Shown: positions 36,949 to 46,326, numbered from the stretch's first letter. The stretch is DNA of 55,903 nucleotides from Erysipelothrix sp. (GCA_036516515.1 DATBUC010000105.1:1-55903), one strand, 5' to 3'. The notes: generated by a model not told the origin, from the letters alone. Program-made: numbers and translations.

Positions 36949-38232
36949 ATGGCAAAATTTAAAGCCCCACGGGGAACCCAAGATGTTTTTGGTGAAGAAG
37001 TTTTAAAGTGGCATTTCCTTGAGGAAACGGCCCGTAACTTATGTGAAAAATATCATGTCAGTGAAATGCGAACACCAGAATTTGAACATACTGAAGTGTT
37101 TGATCGTGGGAATGACGCCAGTGATGTTGTGAATAAAGAAATGTATACATTCACTGATCGTGGTGATCGTCAGTTGACCTTAAAACCAGAAGGCACAGCA
37201 GGATTAATCAGAGCTTATGTAGAAAATAAACTTTATGCTCAAGGCGGTGGCGTCCAACGCTACTACTATATCGCGCCAAACTTTCGTTACGAAAGACCAC
37301 AAAAAGGGAGAATGCGAATTCATCACCAATTTGGGATAGAATTTCTTGGGGTTGAAAGTCCTTACGTTGATGTTGAGGCTCTTCTATTAGGCCTTGATTA
37401 TCTTAATGAAATCGGTCTTAAGGATTATCGCGTCGTAATTAATACTTTAGGGGATCAAGCCAGTCAAGATGCCTATAAGAAAGCTTTACGTGCGCATTTT
37501 GCACCGCATCTTGATACGATGTGTGCAGATTGTCAAAGACGCTACGAGCAAAATCCTTTACGTATTTTAGATTGTAAAGTTGACCAAGAGCATCCAGCCA
37601 TGCAAGATGCGCCAAGTAATATGAGCTATCTTAATGAAGAATCAAAAGCCTACTTCGCAGCGGTTAAAGCCATTTTAGAAGCAGAAAATATTGCTTATGA
37701 GGTGGATGATCGTCTTGTGCGTGGATTAGATTACTATCACCATACGGTATTTGAAGTGATTTCAACCCACCCTAAAGCAGGCTCACAAGCAACGCTTTTT
37801 GCTGGCGGACGCTATGCTCATTTAGTAGAGTATTTTGGCGGCCCAGCGCAAAGTGCTGTTGGATTGGGTATTGGTTTAGAACGCTTGTTGGTTTATTTAG
37901 AATTAGCAGAGAAAGAATTTGATTTAGATACGCAAATTGATGTTTATGGTATGCCTTTAGATCATGAATCAATTGGCACGATTTTTAATCTTACCCATCA
38001 ATTACGTAAAGCTGGTTATAAATGTGATTTAGATGTAGAGAAAAAATCAATGCGGGCACAATTTAAATTGGCTGATCGTTATCAAGCAAAAATTGTTTTA
38101 TTATGTGGCGATCAAGAACGCGAAAACGGGACTGTGACCCTAAAAAATCAAAGTACGCAAGAACAAATTACAATTAAACAAGAAGATTTATTAACACATG
38201 TTGCACAGTGGATTGGAGAAGAAAATGAATAG
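36949..38232 (+). CDS. hisS: Histidine--tRNA ligase
   Basis: PRGTQD, KEMYTF, FRYERPQKGR, LVRGLDYY, GGRY. Confidence 0.97.
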   Translation: MAKFKAPRGTQDVFGEEVLKWHFLEETARNLCEKYHVSEMRTPEFEHTEVFDRGNDASDVVNKEMYTFTDRGDRQLTLKPEGTAGLIRAYVENKLYAQGGGVQRYYYIAPNFRYERPQKGRMRIHHQFGIEFLGVESPYVDVEALLLGLDYLNEIGLKDYRVVINTLGDQASQDAYKKALRAHFAPHLDTMCADCQRRYEQNPLRILDCKVDQEHPAMQDAPSNMSYLNEESKAYFAAVKAILEAENIAYEVDDRLVRGLDYYHHTVFEVISTHPKAGSQATLFAGGRYAHLVEYFGGPAQSAVGLGIGLERLLVYLELAEKEFDLDTQIDVYGMPLDHESIGTIFNLTHQLRKAGYKCDLDVEKKSMRAQFKLADRYQAKIVLLCGDQERENGTVTLKNQSTQEQITIKQEDLLTHVAQWIGEENE

Positions 38233-39961
38233 AACACATCATAATGGTACATTAAGAATCGAAAATGTCGGCGAGGTTGTTTCACTGGTCGGATGGGTAG
38301 CGAAACGAAGAAACTTTGGCTCAATTAATTTTATTGATTTACGTGATCGCAGTGGTATTGTTCAATTGGTGGTGAACCATGATGAATATCCGGTAGTTCA
38401 AGAACTCAAAAGTGAATACGTCATTTCAGTTACGGGAACTGTGCGTGAACGTCAAGATAAAAACCCTAAATTACCAACAGGTGATATCGAGATTGAAGTC
38501 AGTGACATCGCAATTATTAATAAAGCCAAACAAACACCAATGATTATTGCCGATAAAACTGATGCGTTAGAAGATACACGTTTAAAATACCGTTATCTTG
38601 ATTTACGTCGCCCGATTATGCAAGAACGCTTAATGACTCGCGCTAAAATTGTACGCGAAATGCGTAATACCCTAGATGACCTTGGTTTTTTAGATATTGA
38701 AACACCCCTGTTAACCAAATCAACACCTGAAGGGGCAAGAGAATATCTTGTACCTTCCCGCGTCCATCCAGGGGAGTTCTATGCGCTTGCCCAATCACCT
38801 CAGATTTTTAAACAAATGTTAATGATTGGTGGCTTAGAGCGTTATTACCAAATTGCGCGTTGCTTCAGAGATGAAGATTTAAGAGCTGATCGTCAATTAG
38901 ACTTTACCCAAATCGACATTGAAGCCTCATTTTTAAGTCAAGATCAATTTATGAGTATCATTGAAGAGGTCATCGATAATGTGATGGTGAATGTCATGGG
39001 GACAGAAAAACCAACGGTTGATCGTGTTTCTTTCAACGATGCCATGAATATTTATGGTAGTGACAAACCAGATCGTCGTTTTGCAATGCATTTACAAGAT
39101 CTCAATCATATTTTTAAAGATACAGAATTTAAGGTATTCCAGTCAGTCTTAGCTGAAAATGGGAGCTTAAAAGGACTTGTCTTAAAAAATAAAGCCAATG
39201 AAGTAACCCGTCGTATCAGCGATGGTTATACGGATTTAGTGAAGAAATATGGCTTGGGTGGCTTAGTTGTCATGAAACTTGAAAAGGGTGAATTTTCTGG
39301 TCCAGCAAAATTCTTTACTGAAGCAGAACTGGAAACTTTAAAAGCAGAACTGCAATTAGAAGATAATGATGTCTTATTTGTAGGTAGTGGTGCCTGGGAA
39401 ACAACTTGTGAAGCCATGGGTGCTTTACGGATGCAATTAGGAAAAGATTATAATTTAATTGATGAAGCAGCCTTCGACTATCTTTGGGTTGTTGATTTCC
39501 CAATGTTTGAATTGGGCGATGAAGGCGAACTTGTTGCAAGACATCATCCATTCACAGCACCAAAAGCTGAAGATGTTGCGAAACTGGACACAGATCCTTT
39601 AAATGTCACAGCGCAAGCTTATGACTTAGTCTTAAATGGTTTTGAAGTTGCGGGTGGTTCAATGCGTATTTATGACCAAGACTTACAAAAGAAAATGTTC
39701 AGCTTAATTGGCTTTACGGATGAACAAATTGAAAAACGCTTTGGTTTCTTTGTCGAAGCATTCCAATATGGTACACCACCACATGGCGGTATTGCCTTTG
39801 GACTAGATCGTTATGCGATGGCCTTAACTCACTCTGATACGATTAGAGATGTTATTGCCTTCCCTAAAAATGCTTCAGCGCGTTGTCCATTAACCCATGC
39901 GCCATCACCTGCGACAGCGCAGCAATTAGAAGATTTACATTTAGAAATAGATAAAAAATAG
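38225..39961 (+). CDS. aspS: Aspartate--tRNA ligase
   Basis: FIDLRDRSG, RLKYRYLDLR, FRDEDLRADRQ, PPHGGIAFGLDR; start ATG 38225. Confidence 0.98.
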   Translation: MNRTHHNGTLRIENVGEVVSLVGWVAKRRNFGSINFIDLRDRSGIVQLVVNHDEYPVVQELKSEYVISVTGTVRERQDKNPKLPTGDIEIEVSDIAIINKAKQTPMIIADKTDALEDTRLKYRYLDLRRPIMQERLMTRAKIVREMRNTLDDLGFLDIETPLLTKSTPEGAREYLVPSRVHPGEFYALAQSPQIFKQMLMIGGLERYYQIARCFRDEDLRADRQLDFTQIDIEASFLSQDQFMSIIEEVIDNVMVNVMGTEKPTVDRVSFNDAMNIYGSDKPDRRFAMHLQDLNHIFKDTEFKVFQSVLAENGSLKGLVLKNKANEVTRRISDGYTDLVKKYGLGGLVVMKLEKGEFSGPAKFFTEAELETLKAELQLEDNDVLFVGSGAWETTCEAMGALRMQLGKDYNLIDEAAFDYLWVVDFPMFELGDEGELVARHHPFTAPKAEDVAKLDTDPLNVTAQAYDLVLNGFEVAGGSMRIYDQDLQKKMFSLIGFTDEQIEKRFGFFVEAFQYGTPPHGGIAFGLDRYAMALTHSDTIRDVIAFPKNASARCPLTHAPSPATAQQLEDLHLEIDKK

Positions 39962-39969
39962 TAAGACGT

Positions 39970-39991
39970 AAGCACCAGAGCTCTGGTGCTT
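39970..39991. repeat. Perfect 22-bp palindrome
   Basis: AAGCACCAGAGCTCTGGTGCTT. Confidence 0.7.
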
Positions 39992-40015
39992 TACTATGAT
40001 TTGAAAGGTGGATTT

Positions 40016-41350
40016 ATGAATAAAGAAAATAAAATGGGCTATGCACCCATCTTACCGCTTATTTTAAAAATGAGCTTACCCGCAATGTTTTCGATGTTGA
40101 TTCAATCACTCTATAATATTGTGGACTCCTATTTTGTTGGGAAAATTAGTGAAGAGGCACTGCGTGCGACCTCTCTTTCTTTTCCAATTCAAATTATGAT
40201 TATTGCTTTTGGGGTTGGAACAGGGGTTGGGGTCAGTTCTTATGTGGCGCGTAGCTTAGGTGCCAATCGTCAAAAAGAAGCAGATAATGCGGCCATGCAT
40301 GGCCTTGTGTTAGCCTTGTTAACGTGGCTTGTGATGATCTTTTTTGGTGTCTTTTTATCAAGACCTTTTATTTCGATTTTTACCAGTAATGAAAATGTCA
40401 TTGAAATGGGACATCAATATCTTGCGATTATCAGTGGATTTGGGATTTTCTCCTTAATCCATATCGTGGGTGAAAAAACGATTCAAGGGAGCGGGAATAT
40501 GATTATTCCCATGATTGCGCAAACGGTTGGGGCGATCATTAATATTATATTAGATCCAATCTTTATCTTTACCTTTGGTATGGGAATTAAAGGGGCTGCG
40601 ATTGCGACCATTATTGGTCAGTCATTCAGTGCGCTGATTTCTTTATATGGTCTATTCAGAAAAGAATCACTTTTAAAAATGGATTTTAAGAACTTTAAAT
40701 TTAACGTACCGATGGTAAAACAAATCTATGAAGTTGGTTTTCCAAGTATTTTAATGCAAAGCGTTGGGGCTTTTTTGGTGATCTTTTTAAACCGTATTGT
40801 GGGACAATTTACAGAAGTAGCGGTTTCCGTTTTAGGGGTTTATTTTAAACTGGAATCATTTGTGATGATGCCTGTGTATGGTTTAGGCCAAGGTATTTTA
40901 CCTTTAGTGGCCTTTAATTACGGCGCGCATCAATATGAACGAATTCATCAAACCTATCATTATGGGGTGCGTATTTCTTTTGTCTTAATGTTAATCGGTT
41001 TAATCATCTTCCAAATCTTCCCAGCACAACTCATGGGCATCTTTACCGATGATATGGCGATGATTACGATGGGGGTAAGAACGTTACGCATCATCTCGTT
41101 ATATTTCATTCCTGCTTCATTAGCGATTATTAATTCAATTTATTTCCAATCAATGGGGATTGGTCGCTATAGCTTGATTGTTTCCTTCTTAAGACAAATT
41201 GGCCTTCTGTTACCTTTGGCACATTTGTTTGCTAACTTTGGTTTAGATTATGTCTGGTTTGCCTATCCTGTAGCTGAGATTCTGACTTTATTTGTCTCTA
41301 TGCGTTTTTATCGCAAGACGAATGAGGAAAAGCTCTTGACTTCAAATTAA
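40016..41350 (+). CDS. MATE family efflux transporter
   Basis: LYNIVDSYFVG, NIILDPIFIF, GIKGAAIAT; 12 TMs. Confidence 0.93.
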   Translation: MNKENKMGYAPILPLILKMSLPAMFSMLIQSLYNIVDSYFVGKISEEALRATSLSFPIQIMIIAFGVGTGVGVSSYVARSLGANRQKEADNAAMHGLVLALLTWLVMIFFGVFLSRPFISIFTSNENVIEMGHQYLAIISGFGIFSLIHIVGEKTIQGSGNMIIPMIAQTVGAIINIILDPIFIFTFGMGIKGAAIATIIGQSFSALISLYGLFRKESLLKMDFKNFKFNVPMVKQIYEVGFPSILMQSVGAFLVIFLNRIVGQFTEVAVSVLGVYFKLESFVMMPVYGLGQGILPLVAFNYGAHQYERIHQTYHYGVRISFVLMLIGLIIFQIFPAQLMGIFTDDMAMITMGVRTLRIISLYFIPASLAIINSIYFQSMGIGRYSLIVSFLRQIGLLLPLAHLFANFGLDYVWFAYPVAEILTLFVSMRFYRKTNEEKLLTSN

Positions 41351-41365
41351 CAGTGGTGTTATAAT
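41336..41365 (+). promoter_or_regulatory. sigmaA promoter of the infC operon
   Basis: TTGACT-18bp-TATAAT with TG extension. Confidence 0.75.
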
Positions 41366-41379
41366 GTAACAGCAATAAG

Positions 41380-41490
41380 AAAGTAGAAGCACATTCTCAC
41401 CTGATGACATAAGTCATGGGTATACGCTTAGCTAAAACTATAAAATAGCTGTCGTAAGTGTGTCTTAATTTCAAGTGCACACTTTTTTAT
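41380..41490 (+). ncRNA. L20 leader
   Basis: AAGTAGAAGCAC..TTCTCACCTG motif, internal hairpins, AAGTGTG...CACACTT terminator with U-tract before infC. Confidence 0.85.
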
Positions 41491-41517
41491 TGTCAAAAAC
41501 ACAAGGAGGTGAATGCC

Positions 41518-42051
41518 ATTAGTAATCGTAAAAGGAATAATCAAAACGAACTTGTTAACGAATCGATTCGTTTTAAAGAAGTCTTAGTGATTGGTGCCGA
41601 AGGGGAACAACTCGGAATCTTAACGCGTCGTGATGCTCTAAACAAAGCATACGAAGTGGGTATGGATTTATTATGTGTTGCGCCCAATGCAAATCCACCC
41701 GTCTGTAAGATTTTAGATTATGGAAGATATCGTTATGAAGAACAAAAGAAAGCCAAAGAAGCAAAGAAACATCAACATGTTACGCAAGTTAAACCATTGC
41801 GTCTTTCTCCAGTAATTGAAGAGCACGACTTTGATACAAAATTACGTCATGCTCGTAAATGGTTAGAGCAAGGAATGAAAGTTAAAGTTGATATGCGCTT
41901 TAGAGGTCGTTTGATTACCCGCGTGGAAGTTGGTCGTACAACGATGAATCAATTTATTGAAGAACTTTCTGATCTTGGTACTGTTGAAAAGAAACCAAAA
42001 TTAGAAGGAAACACAATGTCCGTTGTAATTTCTCCACTCAAACAGAATTAA
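41518..42051 (+). CDS. infC: Translation initiation factor IF-3 (ATT start)
   Basis: SD AAGGAGGTG then ATT at 41518; PPVCKILDYG, FRGR, PKLEG. Confidence 0.95.
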   Translation: MSNRKRNNQNELVNESIRFKEVLVIGAEGEQLGILTRRDALNKAYEVGMDLLCVAPNANPPVCKILDYGRYRYEEQKKAKEAKKHQHVTQVKPLRLSPVIEEHDFDTKLRHARKWLEQGMKVKVDMRFRGRLITRVEVGRTTMNQFIEELSDLGTVEKKPKLEGNTMSVVISPLKQN

Positions 42052-42072
42052 GTTTATAAGGAGGGCTTTGTA

Positions 42073-42267
42073 ATGCCAAAGATGAAAACAAAAAGAACAC
42101 TTGCAAAACGTGTTAAACGTACAGCCAGTGGCAAACTTAAAAGACAACAAACAAACAGCAATCACTTTTTTAGAAACAAATCATCAAAACAAAAAAGAAA
42201 CTTACGTCAATCAACACTTGTATCAAAAAGTGATTACAAACGTATTAAGCATTTATTGCAAGATTAG
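42073..42267 (+). CDS. rpmI: 50S ribosomal protein L35
   Basis: [20 protein letters not shown]. Confidence 0.97.
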   Translation: MPKMKTKRTLAKRVKRTASGKLKRQQTNSNHFFRNKSSKQKRNLRQSTLVSKSDYKRIKHLLQD

Positions 42268-42281
42268 GAAGGGTGAATTAG

Positions 42282-42641
42282 ATGCCAAGAACAACTACAG
42301 CAGTGCCATCACGTGCACGTCGTAAAAAAACATTAAAATTAGCAAAAGGATACTACGGTTCCAAACATAGTTTATACCGTACAGCAAATGAGCAAGTTAT
42401 GCGCTCAATGCGTTACTCATACCGTGATCGTAAACAATTAAAACGTGAAATGCGTAAATTGTGGATTACACGTATTAACGCAGCAGCACGCCTTAACAAC
42501 ACAACATACAGTGAGTTAATGCATGGACTTCGTTTAGCTAATATTTCAATCAACCGTAAAATGCTTTCTGAAGTGGCAATCCACGATCCAGAAGGATTTA
42601 CAAAGATTGTAGAAGAAGCTCAAAAAGCTTTAGAAAAATAA
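42282..42641 (+). CDS. rplT: 50S ribosomal protein L20
   Basis: [27 protein letters not shown]. Confidence 0.98.
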   Translation: MPRTTTAVPSRARRKKTLKLAKGYYGSKHSLYRTANEQVMRSMRYSYRDRKQLKREMRKLWITRINAAARLNNTTYSELMHGLRLANISINRKMLSEVAIHDPEGFTKIVEEAQKALEK

Positions 42642-42642
42642 G

Positions 42643-43083
42643 ATGTCACATGATGCGCGACATGTCGTCAATGAATTAATCGTTGATATCTTTAAGAATA
42701 TCTTAGATCTTGAGGAGAAATACCATCAACTTCATGGCATTGAACTGTCGATGACCGAGATTCATACTCTCGATAGCATTCAAAAAAATAAAACAAAACC
42801 CATGTCTGATGTTGCGAAGTCGTTAAATGTTACACAAGGGACACTAACGACAACTGTAAAGCGACTTGAACAAAAAGGCTTTGTAAAACGTGTAAAGGAC
42901 GATAAAGATCGTCGAATCAATCGATTGGAACTACAAGATTCTGCTTATTCTGTTTTAAAAATACACGAGCAATTTCACGAAGAGATGATTGCCGGTGTCT
43001 TACAACAAGGAGAAGTGAATCCTGAGTTAATTCAATCTATTAAGAATTTGAATGAATTCTTTAAAACAATTGATAAAAAATAA
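42643..43083 (+). CDS. MarR-family regulator (FabT-like)
   Basis: SMTEIHTL, MSDVAKSLNVTQGTLT, LEQKGFV.R..D..DRR, HEQFH. Confidence 0.85.
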   Translation: MSHDARHVVNELIVDIFKNILDLEEKYHQLHGIELSMTEIHTLDSIQKNKTKPMSDVAKSLNVTQGTLTTTVKRLEQKGFVKRVKDDKDRRINRLELQDSAYSVLKIHEQFHEEMIAGVLQQGEVNPELIQSIKNLNEFFKTIDKK

Positions 43084-43115
43084 AGAGAACCTCATTTGGG
43101 GTTCTCTTTTCTTTT
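43082..43115. terminator. Bidirectional terminator
   Basis: AAAGAGAACC-tcatttgg-GGTTCTCTTT between convergent genes. Confidence 0.8.
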
Positions 43116-43932
43116 ATTGATAGGTTTCTTTTAAACGTTGATATTTTAGAGCCGCAATATCATGGTAGATTTGTTCTTGATGCAATTCATACATAGCCAT
43201 GCCCCATTCACACCAAAGTACATGCAAGCCCCGTTCAAATAAAAGCAAAGTTGCTTGTTCTTGCGCTGATGGCAAATGGCCAAAATAGGTAAGATAGATT
43301 TCTTCTCGAGCCTTTTGATCTTGAATATCGTTTTCAGTTATAAATGACATTAAATCAAAATAGGGGTGATTATCCATGGCATATTCATAATCAATGAGAT
43401 AATCGTGATTTTTTGTAAAGAGGAAATTCCCTTCAACAAGATCATTATGACACAAAATGGGCTCATAATTTAAGTTTTCAATCTCATCAAGGACAGACCA
43501 GGCAAAGGATGTATCATAGATTGGATTTTTAATTAAGGCTTGATACTTTTTAAAACTATTTTTAATGCTGTAAATTTTACCGGTCTTGATTTTAGCCTGA
43601 TGTAATTTTTTAATCAGTAAGGTTGCGCGCTGACGATAGCGAATATCAAAATGTTCTGCATTAGGAATAAACTCTGTCACTTTTATGCCGTTATTTGCGT
43701 TATAATAAAGCAAGGGAACATCGATATCAAGTGCTGCTATTAAGTGTAAGACCTGTTCTTCATGATGGTAATCAAAAAGTTGCTGATTTCCTTTCTTGGG
43801 GATTCTGATTACACGCGCTTGATTGTCTACTTCGAAATAGTAGTTGTCGTTGGTAATACCCTGTTGTAGATAGTGTTTATTTTGAATTGTTTTATTTTTA
43901 AAAAGTTGATTTATTTTATCTATTGGTTTCAT
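43114..43932 (-). CDS. Choline/ethanolamine kinase-like (LicA-like) phosphotransferase
   Basis: GITNDNY, VIRIP, CHNDLVEGN, LIDYEYA; likely start ATG 43932. Confidence 0.85.
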   Translation of the reverse strand: MKPIDKINQLFKNKTIQNKHYLQQGITNDNYYFEVDNQARVIRIPKKGNQQLFDYHHEEQVLHLIAALDIDVPLLYYNANNGIKVTEFIPNAEHFDIRYRQRATLLIKKLHQAKIKTGKIYSIKNSFKKYQALIKNPIYDTSFAWSVLDEIENLNYEPILCHNDLVEGNFLFTKNHDYLIDYEYAMDNHPYFDLMSFITENDIQDQKAREEIYLTYFGHLPSAQEQATLLLFERGLHVLWCEWGMAMYELHQEQIYHDIAALKYQRLKETYQ

Positions 43933-43961
43933 AATTAAATTATAGCACAAGGAGAGAGATC

Positions 43962-44540
43962 ATGAAAATTTTAATTGCCAGTGGTAATGAGGGCAAAATT
44001 AAGGAATTTAAACAACTGTTAGGACCGTTGGGATTTGCGGTCTATGGGGCCAAGGAATTAGGCTACACGATTGATGTTGAGGAAACTGCCGATACTTTTT
44101 TAGGCAATGCGTTAATTAAAGCGCGATACCTTTATGAAAAGGCACAAATGCCAGTATTAGCAGATGATTCTGGTTTAGTTTTAGAAGCATTTCCTGACTT
44201 GCTGTCCGTGCATTCGGCACGCTTTATGCAAGGGGAAAGTTATGAGAAAAAACATGAAGCTTTATTAAAACGTTATGAAACGGTTGCGAATAGACAAGCC
44301 TATTTTGAAACAGCGCTGGTGCTTATAACGGATGATGTTTATACGTTTACGGGACAAGTTGATGGGCATATTGCCTTGAGTGCTAAAGGGGACCAAGGCT
44401 TTGGTTATGATCCTATTTTTATTCCCAATGGTTATGATAAGACATTTGCGCAAATTCCTGAAGTTAAAGAAAAAATATCTCATCGTGCGATTGCTACGCA
44501 GAAATTACTTAATTTTTTAAAGGAGCAGCAAAATGAATAA
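43962..44540 (+). CDS. rdgB: XTP/dITP diphosphatase (RdgB/HAM1)
   Basis: ASGNEGKIKE, ADDSGL, GFGYDPIF, SHRA. Confidence 0.95.
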   Translation: MKILIASGNEGKIKEFKQLLGPLGFAVYGAKELGYTIDVEETADTFLGNALIKARYLYEKAQMPVLADDSGLVLEAFPDLLSVHSARFMQGESYEKKHEALLKRYETVANRQAYFETALVLITDDVYTFTGQVDGHIALSAKGDQGFGYDPIFIPNGYDKTFAQIPEVKEKISHRAIATQKLLNFLKEQQNE

Positions 44541-45213
44541 ATATGTCTATCGCTTGGCACTTATCTTTTTTATTCTCGGTCTTTTTGTCACTGTCATTGA
44601 TTTGAATGCCTTTAATCAATCCTATTACATCAAGATGTATGAGCAAGAGGCTGTGTATGATACCTTAAAATTAGAGGAAAATACAGTCATGGAAGCGACA
44701 GAAGTGATGCTTGCTTATCTTAAAGATAAACGGACTGATATGGATTACAAAATGAGCGATGGACAAAGTTACTATTCCCAACGTGAACTTGATCATATGG
44801 TAGATGTTAAAGAGCTCTATCAAGGGGCTTTACTCTTTCGTAATGTGAGTTTGATTTTTTCTGTCTTAATAATTTTTGATGCCTTGTTTAGAAAACGTTA
44901 TTGTGAGCTTCAAGAAGGCTTTACTTGGAGTTTGTCTGTCTTGGCTATAATCTTTATGAGTCTGGGTCTTTATGCATGGGTTGACTTTGATCACTTTTGG
45001 ATTCAGTTTCATCACTTGTTTTTTAGTAATGACTTGTGGCTTTTAGATCCTGCGGTGGATCGGCTTATTTCGATGGTTCCTTTGCCATTTTTTATGGGAC
45101 TTGTCTTAAGAATTGTGTTATCATTTATGGTGGTTTTAAGCTTGTGCTTTATCGCTTATTTATATTTTAGAAAGAAGTGTTATGATGATTCACGTGGTAT
45201 TACATCAAATTGA
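44533..45213 (+). CDS. TIGR01906/DUF1461-type membrane protein
   Basis: HMVDVK, FDHFWIQFHHLFFSNDLWLLDP..D.LI...P..FF. Confidence 0.85.
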   Translation: MNKYVYRLALIFFILGLFVTVIDLNAFNQSYYIKMYEQEAVYDTLKLEENTVMEATEVMLAYLKDKRTDMDYKMSDGQSYYSQRELDHMVDVKELYQGALLFRNVSLIFSVLIIFDALFRKRYCELQEGFTWSLSVLAIIFMSLGLYAWVDFDHFWIQFHHLFFSNDLWLLDPAVDRLISMVPLPFFMGLVLRIVLSFMVVLSLCFIAYLYFRKKCYDDSRGITSN

Positions 45214-45652
45214 AATTCCGCAAAATGCGGGGAATATTATGCGTACCTGTGCAGCGACGCAATGTAAACTACATTTTATTGAGCCTTTAGGGTTTATTTT
45301 TGATGATAAAAGAGTAAGACGTGCAGGGATGGATTACATTGATTTATTAGATTATGAAAGACATGTTGATTGGCAAGATTTTGTTGCAAAAAATCCAGGA
45401 CAATATTTTTTCTTAAGTAAATTTGCCACTAAAAATTATTTCGAAAGTGATTTTACCCATATTGATGAAGATATCTATCTCATTTTTGGTAGTGAAGGCC
45501 ATGGTTTACCGACTGAAATTAAAGATCAATACCAAGATCGCCTTTTTCGCGTTCCGATGGCAGCAGGTATTCGTAGTTTAAATTTATCCAATACGGTGGC
45601 TTTGGTACTCTATGAGGCATTGCGCCAAAATGGATTTCAGAACTTGCTTTAG
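45182..45652 (+). CDS. trmL: tRNA (cytidine/uridine-34 2'-O)-methyltransferase TrmL
   Basis: EIPQNAGNIMR, RRAGMDY, FGSEGHGLP, RSLNLSN. Confidence 0.95.
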   Translation: MMIHVVLHQIEIPQNAGNIMRTCAATQCKLHFIEPLGFIFDDKRVRRAGMDYIDLLDYERHVDWQDFVAKNPGQYFFLSKFATKNYFESDFTHIDEDIYLIFGSEGHGLPTEIKDQYQDRLFRVPMAAGIRSLNLSNTVALVLYEALRQNGFQNLL

Positions 45653-45666
45653 TGAGCAAGTTTATT
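45641..45666 (+). terminator. Probable terminator
   Basis: AACTTGCT-ttagtg-AGCAAGTT followed by TTATT. Confidence 0.55.
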
Positions 45667-45693
45667 GAAGCGTTTATAGTCATTATCTATAAT
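45665..45693 (+). promoter_or_regulatory. sigmaA promoter
   Basis: TTGAAG-17bp-TATAAT. Confidence 0.7.
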
Positions 45694-45712
45694 AGAGAAA
45701 AGAGGTGAGATT

Positions 45713-45853
45713 ATGATGGAGAATATGAATGACTATTTAAGTCTATTTAGTCTTTTAACCCTTGTGATTTTCGCAATCATTGGATTTGCCAAACTTAATC
45801 ATCGCCTTAGAAAAGAAGAACAAAACGATGAGTTTTATCGTGAACTTCTCTAG
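45713..45853 (+). CDS. Small single-TM protein, 46 aa (not in ORF track)
   Basis: MMENMNDYLSLFSLLTLVIFAIIGFAKLNHRLRKEEQNDEFYRELL*; SD AGAGGTGA; own promoter. Confidence 0.75.
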   Translation: MMENMNDYLSLFSLLTLVIFAIIGFAKLNHRLRKEEQNDEFYRELL

Positions 45854-45869
45854 ATAAGAGGTGAATATA

Positions 45870-46289
45870 ATGCGAAAAAGACAAATTGTCTGTGATAATA
45901 TTGATGCGGTAGGGCCTTATTCTGTAGCAATGCAAGTGGGGCCTGCAGTTTTAGTTTCGGGTCAATTACCGTTAGATAAAGAGGGTAATTTGGTCAGTGA
46001 TGATATTGCCATTCAAACGACCCATGTCATTAAACAGATTGAAAATATTTTAAAGTCAGTGGATATGACTTTAGATCATGTTGTGAAGACAACAGTTTAT
46101 TTAATTGATTTAGAAGAATTTAAAGAGGTCAATCGCGCATATGCAATTTATTTTGGGCATCCTTACCCAGTGCGTTCTTGTATTGAAGTTGCGAAATTAC
46201 CGCAAAATGCAAGAATCAAAATTGAGTGTGTTGCTGTTGATGCACAAACAGAAGAGGAAGAAGATTGTGCCGGTTGTTGTTGTGAATAA
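45870..46289 (+). CDS. RidA/YjgF family protein with acidic Cys-rich tail
   Basis: AVGPYS, SGQLP, VVKTTVYL, YPVRSCIEVAKLP; tail EEEEDCAGCCCE. Confidence 0.9.
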   Translation: MRKRQIVCDNIDAVGPYSVAMQVGPAVLVSGQLPLDKEGNLVSDDIAIQTTHVIKQIENILKSVDMTLDHVVKTTVYLIDLEEFKEVNRAYAIYFGHPYPVRSCIEVAKLPQNARIKIECVAVDAQTEEEEDCAGCCCE

Positions 46290-46291
46290 AC

Positions 46292-46320
46292 TTGAGATTT
46301 AAGCAAGACTGCGTTACAAT
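46292..46320 (+). promoter_or_regulatory. sigmaA promoter of the yitT-like gene
   Basis: TTGAGA-17bp-TACAAT. Confidence 0.65.
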
Positions 46321-46326
46321 CAATTT

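Noticed and set aside
39962-40015. 6S RNA after aspS (Bacillus position)
   Set aside because: The gap is only ~54 nt, too short for 6S RNA
41334-41348. TTGA-CT-TCAA as a FabT operator for the MarR gene
   Set aside because: The spacing differs from the TTTGA-N3-TCAAA pattern and the left arm is simply the -35 hexamer
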